Part shown: positions 11,036-24,715 of the stretch, one piece after another
Layout of the letters: each line of letters starts with the position of its first letter
Position numbering within the stretch: the stretch's first letter is position 1
DNA from: Auanema rhodensis
Taxonomy: Eukaryota > Animalia > Nematoda
Direction: 5' to 3'
NCBI GenBank assembly: GCA_964057225.1
Contig: OZ059900.1
Span: 16,492,001 to 16,556,000 of the forward strand
DNA length: 64,000 nucleotides
The notes under the pieces: generated by a model
What the model saw: the letters and a program-made list of their open reading frames with translations, nothing else
What the model was told of the DNA's origin: nothing
Database searches by the model: none
Translations under genes and position numbers: made by a program

Positions 11036-14000
11036 CTTCATTTTAGTATGTAACACGCTGAAATTCGTTGCATTTGACGACTCATATGAACCAAAATCGA
11101 TTTAATCAATATTAGCCATAAGGGGCGTGCCCTCAGAATATTCTAATTTCCTTAATTTTCTAACCCTTGTTTTTTTGTCGTGAAAGTGGAACTAGACGTT
11201 GTACGAACAATTTTGAGCTAGGTTTCATTGACATTGCATGAGTTTGAACACATGAAATCGTAAGTCAAAACCTTGTTTACAGCGAAATTTCCAAAAACTG
11301 GTTTTCCAGCATAATAAAATATTTTTCATGAGAAATACTGTGTTTTTGTATTTTTCTAGTGTTCAGCATGTAAAATGGTTCATTTTAGTATGTAACACGC
11401 TAAAATTCGTTGCATTTGACGACTCATATGAACAAAAATCGATTTAATCAATATTAGCCATAAGGGGCGTGCCCTCAGAATATGCTAATTTCCTTAATTT
11501 TCTAACCCCTGTTTTTTTGTCGTGAAAGTGGAACTAGACGTTGTACGAACAATTTTGAGCTAGGTTTCATTGACATTGCATGAGTTTGAACACATGAAAT
11601 CGTAAGTCAAAACCTTGTTTACAGCGAAATTTCCAAAAACTGGTTTTCCAGCATAATAAAATATTTCTCATGGGAAATACTGTGTTTTTGTATTTTTCTA
11701 GTGTTCAGCATGTAAAATGCTTCATTTTAGTATGTAACACGCTGAAATTCGTTGCATTTGACGACTCATATGAACAAAAATCGATTTAATCAATATTAGC
11801 CATAAGGGGCGTGCCCTCAGAATATGCTAATTTCCTTAATTTTCTAACCCTTGTTTTTTTGTCGTGAAAGTGGAACTAGACGTTGTACGAACAATTTTGA
11901 GCTAGGTTTCATTGACATTGCATGAGTTTGAACACATGAAATCGTAAGTCAAAACCTTGTTTACAGCGAAATTTCCAAAAACTGGTTTTCCAGCATAATA
12001 AAATATTTCTCATGGGAAATACTGTGTTTTTGTATTTTTCTAGTGTTCAGCATGTAAAATGCTTCATTTTAGTATGTAACACGCTGAAATTCGTTGCATT
12101 TGACGACTCATATGAACAAAAATCGATTTAATCAATATTAGCCATAAGGGGCGTGCCCTCAGAATATGCTAATTTCCTTAATTTTCTAACCCCTGTTTTT
12201 TTGTCGTGAAAGTGGAACTAGACGTTGTACGAACAAATTTGAGCTAGGTTTCATTGACATTGCATGAGTTTGAACACATGAAATCGTAAGTCAAAACCTT
12301 GTTTACAGCGAAATTTCCAAAAACTGGTTTTCCAGCATAATAAAATATTTCTCATGGGAAATACTGTGTTTTTGTATTTTTCTAGTGTTTAGCATGTAAA
12401 ATGCTTCATTTTAGTATGTAACACGCTGAAATTCGTTGCATTTGACGACTCATATGAACAAAAATCGATTTAATCAATATTAGCCATAAGGGGCGTGCCC
12501 TCAGAATATGCTAATTTCCTTAATTTTCTAACCCCTGTTTTTTTGTCGTGAAAGTGGAACTAGACGTTGTACGAACAATTTTGAGCTAGGTTTCATTGAC
12601 ATTGCATGAGTTTGAACACATGAAATCGTAAGTCAAAACCTTGTTTACAGCGAAATTTCCAAAAACTGGTTTTCCAGCATAATAAAATATTTCTCATGGG
12701 AAATACTGTGTTTTTGTTTTTTTCTAGTGTTCAGCATGTGAAATGCTTCATTTTAGTATGTAACACGCTGAAATTCGTTGCATTTGACGACTCATATGAA
12801 CAAAAATCGATTTAATCAATATTAGCCATAAGGGGCGTGCCCTCAGAATATGCTAATTTCCTTAATTTTCTAACCCCTGTTTTTTTGTCGTGAAAGTGGA
12901 ACTAGACGTTGTACGAACAATTTTGAGCTAGGTTTCATTGACATTGCATGAGTTTGAACACATGAAATCGTAAGTCAAAACCTTGTTTACAGCGAAATTT
13001 CCAAAAACTGGTTTTCCAGCATAATAAAATATTTCTCATGGGAAATACTGTGTTTTTGTATTTTTCTAGTGTTCAGCATGTAAAATGCTTCATTTTAGTA
13101 TGTAACACGCTGAAATTCGTTGCATTTGACGACTCATATGAACCAAAATCGATTTAATCAATATTAGCCATAAGGGGCGTGCCCTCAGAATATGCTAATT
13201 TCCTTAATTTTCTAACCCTTGTTTTTTTGTCGTGAAAGTGGAACTAGACGTTGTACGAACAATTTTGAGCTAGGTTTCATTGACATTGCATGAGTTTGAA
13301 CACATGAAATCGTAAGTCAAAACCTTGTTTACAGCGAAATTTCCAAAAACTGGGTTTCCAGCATAATAAAATATTTCTCATGGGAAATACTGTGTTTTTG
13401 TATTTTTCTAGTGTTCAGCATGTAAAATGCTTCATTTTAGTATGTAACACGCTGAAATTCGTTGCATTTGACGACTCATATGAACAAAAATCGATTTAAT
13501 CAATATTAGCCATAAGGGGCGTGCCCTCAGAATATGCTAATTTCCTTAATTTTCTAACCCCTGTTTTTTTGTCGTGAAAGTGGAACTAGACGTTGTACAA
13601 ACAATTTTGAGCTAGGTTTCATTGACATTGCATGAGTTTGAACACATGAAATCGTAAGTCAAAACCTTGTTTACAGCGAAATTTCCAAAAACTGGTTTTC
13701 CAGCATAATAAAATATTTCTCATGGGAAATACTGTGTTTTTGTATTTTTCTAGTGTTCAGCATGTAAAATGCTTCATTTTAGTATGTAACACGCTGAAAT
13801 TCGTTGCATTTGACGACTCATATGAACAAAAATCGATTTAATCAATATTAGCCATAAGGGGCGTGCCCTCAGAATATGCTAATTTCCTTAATTTTCTAAC
13901 CCCTGTTTTTTTGTCGTGAAAGTGGAACTAGACGTTGTACAAACAATTTTGAGCTAGGTTTCATTGACATTGCATGAGTTTGAACACATGAAATCGTAAG

Positions 14001-15053
14001 TCAAAACCTTGTTTACAGCGAAATTTCCAAAAACTGGTTTTCCAGCATAATAAAATATTTCTCATGGGAAATACTGTGTTTTTGTATTTTTCTAGTGTTC
14101 AGCATGTAAAATGTTTCATTTTAGTATGTAACACGCTGAAATTCGTTGCATTTGACGACTCATATGAACAAAAATCGATTTAATCAATATTAGCCATAAG
14201 GGGCGTGCCCTCAGAATATGCTAATTTCCTTAATTTTCTAACCCCTGTTTTTTTGTCGTGAAAGTGGAACTAGACGTTGTACGAACAATTTTGAGCTAGG
14301 TTTCATTGACATTGCATGAGTTTGAACACATGAAATCGTAAGTCAAAACCTTGTTTACAGCGAAATTTCCAAAAACTGGTTTTCCAGCATAATAAAATAT
14401 TTCTCATGGGAAATACTGTGTTTTTGTATTTTTCTAGTGTTCAGCATGTAAAATGCTTCATTTTAGTATGTAACACGCTGAAATTCGTTGCATTTGACGA
14501 CTCATATGAACAAAAATCGATTTAATCAATATTAGCCATAAGGGGCGTGCCCTCAGAATATGCTAATTTCCTTAATTTTCTAACCCCTGTTTTTTTGTCG
14601 TGAAAGTGGAACTAGACGTTGTACGATCAATTTTGAGCTAGGTTTCATTGACATTGCATGAGTTTGAACACATGAAATCGTAAGTCAAAACCTTGTTTAC
14701 AGCGAAATTTCCAAAAACTGGTTTTCCAGCATAATAAAATATTTCTCATGGGAAATACTGTGTTTTTGTATTTTTCTAGTGTTCAGCATGTAAAATGCTT
14801 CATTTTAGTATGTAACACGCTGAAATTCGTTGCATTTGACGACTCATATGAACAAAAATCGATTTAATCAATATTAGCCATAAGGGGCGTGCCCTCAGAA
14901 TATGCTAATTTCCTTAATTTTCTAACCCCTGTTTTTTTTGTCGTGAAAGTGGAACTAGACGTTGTACAAACAATTTTGAGCTAGGTTTCATTGACATTGC
15001 ATGAGTTTGAACACATGAAATCGTAAGTCAAAACCTTGTTTACAGCGAAATTT

Positions 15054-18000
15054 CCAAAAACTGGTTTTCCAGCATAATAAAATATTTCTCATGGGAAATA
15101 CTGTGTTTTTGTATTTTTCTAGTGTTCAGCATGTAAAATGCTTCATTTTAGTATGTAACACGCTGAAATTCGTTGCATTTGACGACTCATATGAACAAAA
15201 ATCGATTTAATCAATATTAGCCATAAGGGGCGTGCCCTCAGAATATGCTAATTTCCTTAATTTTCTAACCCCTGTTTTTTTGTCGTGAAAGTGGAACTAG
15301 ACGTTGTACAAACAATTTTGAGCTAGGTTTCATTGACATTGCATGAGTTTGAACACATGAAATCGTAAGTCAAAACCTTGTTTACAGCGAAATTTCCAAA
15401 AACTGGTTTTCCAGCATAATAAAATATTTCTCATGGGAAATACTGTGTTTTTGTATTTTTCTAGTGTTCAGCATGTAAAATGCTTCATTTTAGTATGTAA
15501 CACGCTGAAATTCGTTGCATTTGACGACTCATATGAACAAAAATCGATTTAATCAATATTAGCCATAAGGGGCGTGCCCTCAGAATATGCTAATTTCCTT
15601 AATTTTCTAACCCCTGTTTTTTTGTCGTGAAAGTGGAACTAGACGTTGTACAAACAATTTTGAGCTAGGTTTCATTGACATTGCATGAGTTTGAACACAT
15701 GAAATCGTAAGTCAAAACCTTGTTTACAGCGAAATTTCCAAAAACTGGTTTTCCAGCATAATAAAATATTTCTCATGGGAAATACTGTGTTTTTGTATTT
15801 TTCTAGTGTTCAGCATGTAAAATGTTTCATTTTAGTATGTAACACGCTGAAATTCGTTGCATTTGACGACTCATATGAACAAAAATCGATTTAATCAATA
15901 TTAGCCATAAGGGGCGTGCCCTCAGAATATGCTAATTTCCTTAATTTTCTAACCCCTGTTTTTTTGTCGTGAAAGTGGAACTAGACGTTGTACGAACAAT
16001 TTTGAGCTAGGTTTCATTGACATTGCATGAGTTTGAACACATGAAATCGTAAGTCAAAACCTTGTTTACAGCGAAATTTCCAAAAACTGGTTTTCCAGCA
16101 TAATAAAATATTTCTCATGGGAAATACTGTGTTTTTGTATTTTTCTAGTGTTCAGCATGTAAAATGCTTCATTTTAGTATGTAACACGCTGAAATTCGTT
16201 GCATTTGACGACTCATATGAACAAAAATCGATTTAATCAATATTAGCCATAAGGGGCGTGCCCTCAGAATATGCTAATTTCCTTAATTTTCTAACCCCTG
16301 TTTTTTTGTCGTGAAAGTGGAACTAGACGTTGTACGATCAATTTTGAGCTAGGTTTCATTGACATTGCATGAGTTTGAACACATGAAATCGTAAGTCAAA
16401 ACCTTGTTTACAGCGAAATTTCCAAAAACTGGTTTTCCAGCATAATAAAATATTTCTCATGGGAAATACTGTGTTTTTGTATTTTTCTAGTGTTCAGCAT
16501 GTAAAATGCTTCATTTTAGTATGTAACACGCTGAAATTCGTTGCATTTGACGACTCATATGAACAAAAATCGATTTAATCAATATTAGCCATAAGGGGCG
16601 TGCCCTCAGAATATGCTAATTTCCTTAATTTTCTAACCCCTGTTTTTTTTGTCGTGAAAGTGGAACTAGACGTTGTACAAACAATTTTGAGCTAGGTTTC
16701 ATTGACATTGCATGAGTTTGAACACATGAAATCGTAAGTCAAAACCTTGTTTACAGCGAAATTTCCAAAAACTGGTTTTCCAGCATAATAAAATATTTCT
16801 CATGGGAAATACTGTGTTTTTGTATTTTTCTAGTGTTCAGCATGTAAAATGCTTCATTTTAGTATGTAACACGCTGAAATTCGTTGCATTTGACGACTCA
16901 TATGAACAAAAATCGATTTAATCAATATTAGCCATAAGGGGCGTGCCCTCAGAATATGCTAATTTCCTTAATTTTCTAACCCCTGTTTTTTTGTCGTGAA
17001 AGTGGAACTAGACGTTGTACGAACAATTTTGAGCTAAGTTTCATTGACATTGCATGAGTTTGAACACATGAAATCGTAAGTCAAAACCTTGTTTACAGCG
17101 AAATTTCCAAAAACTGGTTTTCCAGCATAATAAAATATTTCTCATGGGAAATACTGTGTTTTTGTTTTTTTCTAGTGTTCAGCATGTAAAATGCTTCATT
17201 TTAGTATGTAACACGCAGAAATTCGTTGCATTTGACGACTCATATGAACAAAAATCGATTTAATCAATATTAGCCATAAGGGGCGTGCCCTCAGAATATG
17301 CTAATTTCCTTAATTTTCTAACCCCTGTTTTTTTTGTCGTGAAAGTGGAACTAGACGTTGTACAAACAATTTTGAGCTAGGTTTCATTGACATTGCATGA
17401 GTTTGAACACATGAAATCGTAAGTCAAAACCTTGTTTACAGCGAAATTTCCAAAAACTGGTTTTCCAGCATAATAAAATATTTCTCATGGGAAATACTGT
17501 GTTTTTGTATTTTTCTAGTGTTCAGCATGTAAAATGCTTCATTTTAGTATGTAACACGCTGAAATTCGTTGCATTTGACGACTCATATGAACAAAAATCG
17601 ATTTAATCAATATTAGCCATAAGGGGCGTGCCCTCAGAATATGCTAATTTCCTTAATTTTCTAACCCCTGTTTTTTTTGTCGTGAAAGTGGAACTAGACG
17701 TTGTACAAACAATTTTGAGCTAGGTTTCATTGACATTGCATGAGTTTGAACACATGAAATCGTAAGTCAAAACCTTGTTTACAGCGAAATTTCCAAAAAC
17801 TGGTTTTCCAGCATAATAAAATATTTCTCATGGGAAATACTGTGTTTTTGTTTTTTTCTAGTGTTCAGCATGTAAAATGCTTCATTTTAGTATGTAACAC
17901 GCTGAAATTCGTTGCATTTGACGACTCATATGAACAAAAATCGATTTAATCAATATTAGCCATAAGGGGCGTGCCCTCAGAATATGCTAATTTCCTTAAT

Positions 18001-21000
18001 TTTCTAACCCCTGTTTTTTTTGTCGTGAAAGTGGAACTAGACGTTGTACAAACAATTTTGAGCTAGGTTTCATTGACATTGCATGAGTTTGAACACATGA
18101 AATCGTAAGTCAAAACCTTGTTTACAGCGAAATTTCCAAAAACTGGTTTTCCAGCATAATAAAATATTTCTCATGGGAAATACTGTGTTTTTGTATTTTT
18201 CTAGTGTTCAGCATGTAAAATGCTTCATTTTAGTATGTAACACGCTGAAATTCGTTGCATTTGACGACTCATATGAACAAAAATCGATTTAATCAATATT
18301 AGCCATAAGGGGCGTGCCCTCAGAATATGCTAATTTCCTTAATTTTCTAACCCCTGTTTTTTTGTCGTGAAAGTGGAACTAGACGTTGTACGAACAATTT
18401 TGAGCTAAGTTTCATTGACATTGCATGAGTTTGAACACATGAAATCGTAAGTCAAAACCTTGTTTACAGCGAAATTTCCAAAAACTGGTTTTCCAGCATA
18501 ATAAAATATTTCTCATGGGAAATACTGTGTTTTTGTATTTTTCTAGTGTTCAGCATGTAAAATGGTTCATTTTAGTATGTAACACGCTGAAATTCGTTGC
18601 ATTTGACGACTCATATGAACAAAAATCGATTTAATCAATATTAGCCATAAGGGGCGTGCCCTCAGAATATGCTAATTTCCTTAATTTTCTAACCCCTGTT
18701 TTTTTTGTCGTGAAAGTGGAACTAGACGTTGTACAAACAATTTTGAGCTAGGTTTCATTGACATTGCATGAGTTTGAACACATGAAATCGTAAGTCAAAA
18801 CCTTGTTTACAGCGAAATTTCCAAAAACTGGTTTTCCAGCATAATAAAATATTTCTCATGGGAAATACTGTGTTTTTGTATTTTTCTAGTGTTCAGCATG
18901 TAAAATGCTTCATTTTAGTATGTAACACGCAGAAATTCGTTGCATTTGACGACTCATATGAACAAAAATCGATTTAATCAATATTAGCCATAAGGGGCGT
19001 GCCCTCAGAATATGCTAATTTCCTTAATTTTCTAACCCCTGTTTTTTTGTCGTGAAAGTGGAACTAGACGTTGTACAAACAATTTTGAGCTAGGTTTCAT
19101 TGACATTGCATGAGTTTGAACACATGAAATCGTAAGTCAAAACCTTGTTTACAGCGAAATTTCCAAAAACTGGTTTTCCAGCATAATAAAATATTTCTCA
19201 TGGGAAATACTGTGTTTTTGTATTTTTCTAGTGTTCAGCATGTAAAATGCTTCATTTTAGTATGTAACACGCTGAAATTCGTTGCATTTGACGACTCATA
19301 TGAACAAAAATCGATTTAATCAATATTAGCCATAAGGGGCATGCCCTCAGAATATGCTAATTTCCTTAATTTTCTAACCCCTGTTTTTTTGTCGTGAAAG
19401 TGGAACTAGACGTTGTACGAACAATTTTGAGCTAGGTTTCATTGACATTGCATGAGTTTGAACACATGAAATCGTAAGTCAAAACCTTGTTTACAGCGAA
19501 ATTTCCAAAAACTGGTTTTCCAGCATAATAAAATATTTCTCATGGGAAATACTGTGTTTTTGTATTTTTCTAGTGTTCAGCATGTAAAATGCTTCATTTT
19601 AGTATGTAACACACTGAAATTCGTTGCATTTGACGACTCATATGAACAAAAATCGATTTAATCAATATTAGCCATAAGGGGCGTGCCCTCAGAATATGCT
19701 AATTTCCTTAATTTTCTAACCCCTGTTTTTTTGTCGTGAAAGTGGAACTAGACGTTGTACGAACAATTTTGAGCTAAGTTTCATTGACATTGCATGAGTT
19801 TGAACACATGAAATCGTAAGTCAAAACCTTGTTTACAGCGAAATTTCCAAAAACTGGTTTTCCAGCATAATAAAATATTTCTCATGGGAAATACTGTGTT
19901 TTTGTTTTTTTCTAGTGTTCAGCATGTAAAATGCTTCATTTTAGTATGTAACACGCTGAAATTCGTTGCATTTGACGACTCATATGAACAAAAATCGATT
20001 TAATCAATATTAGCCATAAGGGGCGTGCCCTCAGAATATGCTAATTTCCTTAATTTTCTAACCCCTGTTTTTTGTCGTGAAAGTGGAACTAGACGTTGTA
20101 CGAACAATTTTGAGCTAGGTTTCATTGACATTGCATGAGTTTGAACACATGAAATCGTAAGTCAAAACCTTGTTTACAGCGAAATTTCCAAAAACTGGTT
20201 TTCCAGCATAATAAAATATTTCTCATGGGAAATACTGTGTTTTTGTATTCTTCTAGTGTTCAGCATGTAAAATGCTTCATTTTAGTATGTAACACGCTGA
20301 AATTCGTTGCATTTGACGACTCATATGAACAAAAATCGATTTAATCAATATTAGCCATAAGGGGCGTGCCCTCAGAATATGCTAATTTCCTTAATTTTCT
20401 AACCCCTGTTTTTTTGTCGTGAAAGTGGAACTAGACGTTGTACGAACAATTTTGAGCTAGGTTTCATTGACATTGCATGAGTTTGAACACATGAAATCGT
20501 AAGTCAAAACCTTGTTTACAGCGAAATTTCCAAAAACTGGTTTTCCAGCATAATAAAATATTTCTCATGGGAAATACTGTGTTTTTGTATTCTTCTAGTG
20601 TTCAGCATGTAAAATGCTTCATTTTAGTATGTAACACGCTGAAATTCGTTGCATTTGACGACTCATATGAACAAAAATCGATTTAATCAATATTAGCCAT
20701 AAGGGGCGTGCCCTCAGAATATGCTAATTTCCTTAATTTTCTAACCCCTGTTTTTTGTCGTGAAAGTGGAACTAGACGTTGTACGAACAATTTTGAGCTA
20801 GGTTTCATTGACATTGCATGAGTTTGAACACATGAAATCGTAAGTCAAAACCTTGTTTACAGCGAAATTTCCAAAAACTGGTTTTCCAGCATAATAAAAT
20901 ATTTCTCATGGGAAATACTGTGTTTTTGTTTTTTTCTAGTGTTCAGCATGTAAAGTGCTTCATTTTAGTATGTAACACGCTGAAATTCGTTGCATTTGAC

Positions 21001-24000
21001 GACTCATATGAACAAAAATCGATTTAATCAATATTAGCCATAAGGGGCGTGCCCTCAGAATATGCTAATTTCCTTAATTTTCTAACCCCTGTTTTTTTGT
21101 CGTGAAAGTGGAACTAGACGTTGTACGAACAATTTTCAGCTAGGTTTCATTGACATTGCATGAGTTTGAACACATGAAATCGTAAGTCAAAACCTTGTTT
21201 ACAGCGAAATTTCCAAAAACTGGTTTTCCAGCATAATAAAATATTTCTCATGGGAAATACTGTGTTTTTGTATTTTTCTAGTGTTCAGCATGTAAAATGC
21301 TTCATTTTAGTATGTAACACGCTGAAATTCGTTGCATTTGACGACTCATATGAACAAAAATCGATTTAATCAATATTAGCCATAAGGGGCGTGCCCTCAG
21401 AATATGCTAATTTCCTTAATTTTCTAACCCCTGTTTTTTGTCGTGAAAGTGGAACTAGACGTTGTACGAACAATTTTGAGCTAGGTTTCATTGACATTGC
21501 ATGAGTTTGAACACATGAAATCGTAAGTCAAAACCTTGTTTACAGCGAAATTTCCAAAAACTGGTTTTCCAGCATAATAAAATATTTCTCATGGGAAATA
21601 CTGTGTTTTTGTATTCTTCTAGTGTTCAGCATGTAAAATGCTTCATTTTAGTATGTAACACGCTGAAATTCGTTGCATTTGACGACTCATATGAACAAAA
21701 ATCGATTTAATCAATATTAGCCATAAGGGGCGTGCCCTCAGAATATGCTAATTTCCTTAATTTTCTAACCCCTGTTTTTTTGTCGTGAAAGTGGAACTAG
21801 ACGTTGTACGAACAATTTTGAGCTAGGTTTCATTGACATTGCATGAGTTTGAACACATGAAATCGTAAGTCAAAACCTTGTTTACAGCGAAATTTCCAAA
21901 AACTGGTTTTCCAGCATAATAAAATATTTCTCATGGGAAATACTGTGTTTTTGTATTCTTCTAGTGTTCAGCATGTAAAATGCTTCATTTTAGTATGTAA
22001 CACGCTGAAATTCGTTGCATTTGACGACTCATATGAACAAAAATCGATTTAATCAATATTAGCCATAAGGGGCGTGCCCTCAGAATATGCTAATTTCCTT
22101 AATTTTCTAACCCCTGTTTTTTGTCGTGAAAGTGGAACTAGACGTTGTACGAACAATTTTGAGCTAGGTTTCATTGACATTGCATGAGTTTGAACACATG
22201 AAATCGTAAGTCAAAACCTTGTTTACAGCGAAATTTCCAAAAACTGGTTTTCCAGCATAATAAAATATTTCTCATGGGAAATACTGTGTTTTTGTTTTTT
22301 TCTAGTGTTCAGCATGTAAAGTGCTTCATTTTAGTATGTAACACGCTGAAATTCGTTGCATTTGACGACTCATATGAACAAAAATCGATTTAATCAATAT
22401 TAGCCATAAGGGGCGTGCCCTCAGAATATGCTAATTTCCTTAATTTTCTAACCCCTGTTTTTTTGTCGTGAAAGTGGAACTAGACGTTGTACGAACAATT
22501 TTCAGCTAGGTTTCATTGACATTGCATGAGTTTGAACACATGAAATCGTAAGTCAAAACCTTGTTTACAGCGAAATTTCCAAAAACTGGTTTTCCAGCAT
22601 AATAAAATATTTCTCATGGGAAATACTGTGTTTTTGTATTTTTCTAGTGTTCAGCATGTAAAATGCTTCATTTTAGTATGTAACACGCTGAAATTCGTTG
22701 CATTTGACGACTCATATGAACAAAAATCGATTTAATCAATATTAGCCATAAGGGGCGTGCCCTCAGAATATGCTAATTTCCTTAAATTTCTAACCCCTGT
22801 TTTTTGTCGTGAAAGTGGAACTAGACGTTGTACGAACAATTTTGAGCTAGGTTTCATTGACATTGCATGAGTTTGAACACATGAAATCGTAAGTCAAAAC
22901 CTTGTTTACAGCGAAATTTCCAAAAACTGGTTTTCCAGCATAATAAAATATTTCTCATGGGAAATACTGTGTTTTTGTATTCTTCTAGTGTTCAGCATGT
23001 AAAATGCTTCATTTTAGTATGTAACACGCTGAAATTCGTTGCATTTGACGACTCATATGAACAAAAATCGATTTAATCAATATTAGCCATAAGGGGCGTG
23101 CCCTCAGAATATGCTAATTTCCTTAATTTTCTAACCCCTGTTTTTTTGTCGTGAAAGTGGAACTAGACGTTGTACGAACATTTTTGAGCTAGGTTTCATT
23201 GACATTGCATGAGTTTGAACACATGAAATCGTAAGTCAAAACCTTGTTTACAGCGAAATTTCCAAAAACTGGTTTTCCAGCATAATAAAATATTTCTCAT
23301 GGGAAATACTGTGTTTTTGTATTTTTCTAGTGTTCAGCATGTAAAATACTTCATTTTAGTATGTAACACGCTGAAATTCGTTGCATTTGACGACTCATAT
23401 GAACAAAAATCGATTTAATCAATATTAGCCATAAGGGGCGTGCCCTCAGAATATGCTAATTTCCTTAATTTTCTAACCCTTGTTTTTTTGTCGTGAAAGT
23501 GGAACTAGACGTTGTACGAACAATTTTGAGCTAGGTTTCATTGACATTGCATGAGTTTGAACACATGAAATCGTAAGTCAAAACCTTGTTTACAGCGAAA
23601 TTTCCAAAAACTGGTTTTCCAGCATAATAAAACATTTCTCATGGGAAATACTGTGTTTTTGTATTTTTCTAGTGTTCAGCATGTAAAATGCTTCATTTTA
23701 GTATGTAACACGCTGAAATTCGTTGCATTTGACGAATCATATGAACAAAAATCGATTTAATCAATATTAGCCATAAGGGGCGTGCCCTCAGAATATGCTA
23801 ATTTCCTTAATTTTCAAACCCCTGTTTTTTTGTCGTGAAAGTGGAACTAGACGTTGTACGAACAATTTTGAGCTAGGTTTCATTGACATTGCATGAGTTT
23901 GAACACATGAAATCGTAAGTCAAAACCTTGTTTACAGCGAAATTTCCAAAAACTGGTTTTCCAGCATAATAAAATATTTCTCATGGGAAATACTGTGTTT

Positions 24001-24715
24001 TTGTATTTTTCTAGTGTTCAGCATGTAAAATGGTTCATTTTAGTATGTAACACGCTGAAATTCGTTGCATTTGACGACTCATATGAACAAAAATCGATTT
24101 AATCAATATTAGCCATAAGGGGCGTGCCCTCAGAATATGCTAATTTCCTTAAATTTCTAACCCCTGTTTTTTGTCGTGAAAGTGGAACTAGACGTTGTAC
24201 GAACAATTTTGAGCTAGGTTTCATTGACATTGCATGAGTTTGAACACATGAAATCGTAAGTCAAAACCTTGTTTACAGCGAAATTTCCAAAAACTGGTTT
24301 TCCAGCATAATAAAATATTTCTCATGGGAAATACTGTGTTTTTGTATTCTTCTAGTGTTCAGCATGTAAAATGCTTCATTTTAGTATGTAACACGCTGAA
24401 ATTCGTTGCATTTGACGACTCATATGAACAAAAATCGATTTAATCAATATTAGCCATAAGGGGCGTGCCCTCAGAATATGCTAATTTCCTTAATTTTCTA
24501 ACCCCTGTTTTTTTGTCGTGAAAGTGGAACTAGACGTTGTACGAACATTTTTGAGCTAGGTTTCATTGACATTGCATGAGTTTGAACACATGAAATCGTA
24601 AGTCAAAACCTTGTTTACAGCGAAATTTCCAAAAACTGGTTTTCCAGCATAATAAAATATTTCTCATGGGAAATACTGTGTTTTTGTATTTTTCTAGTGT
24701 TCAGCATGTAAAATA
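15054..24715 (+). repeat. Block duplication copy B (M45 to 5' part of M73)
   Basis: Same variant order as copy A. G179A occurs only in M21 and M57; T213A occurs only in M30 (9924) and M70 (23604), 13680 bp apart. Confidence 0.85.
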
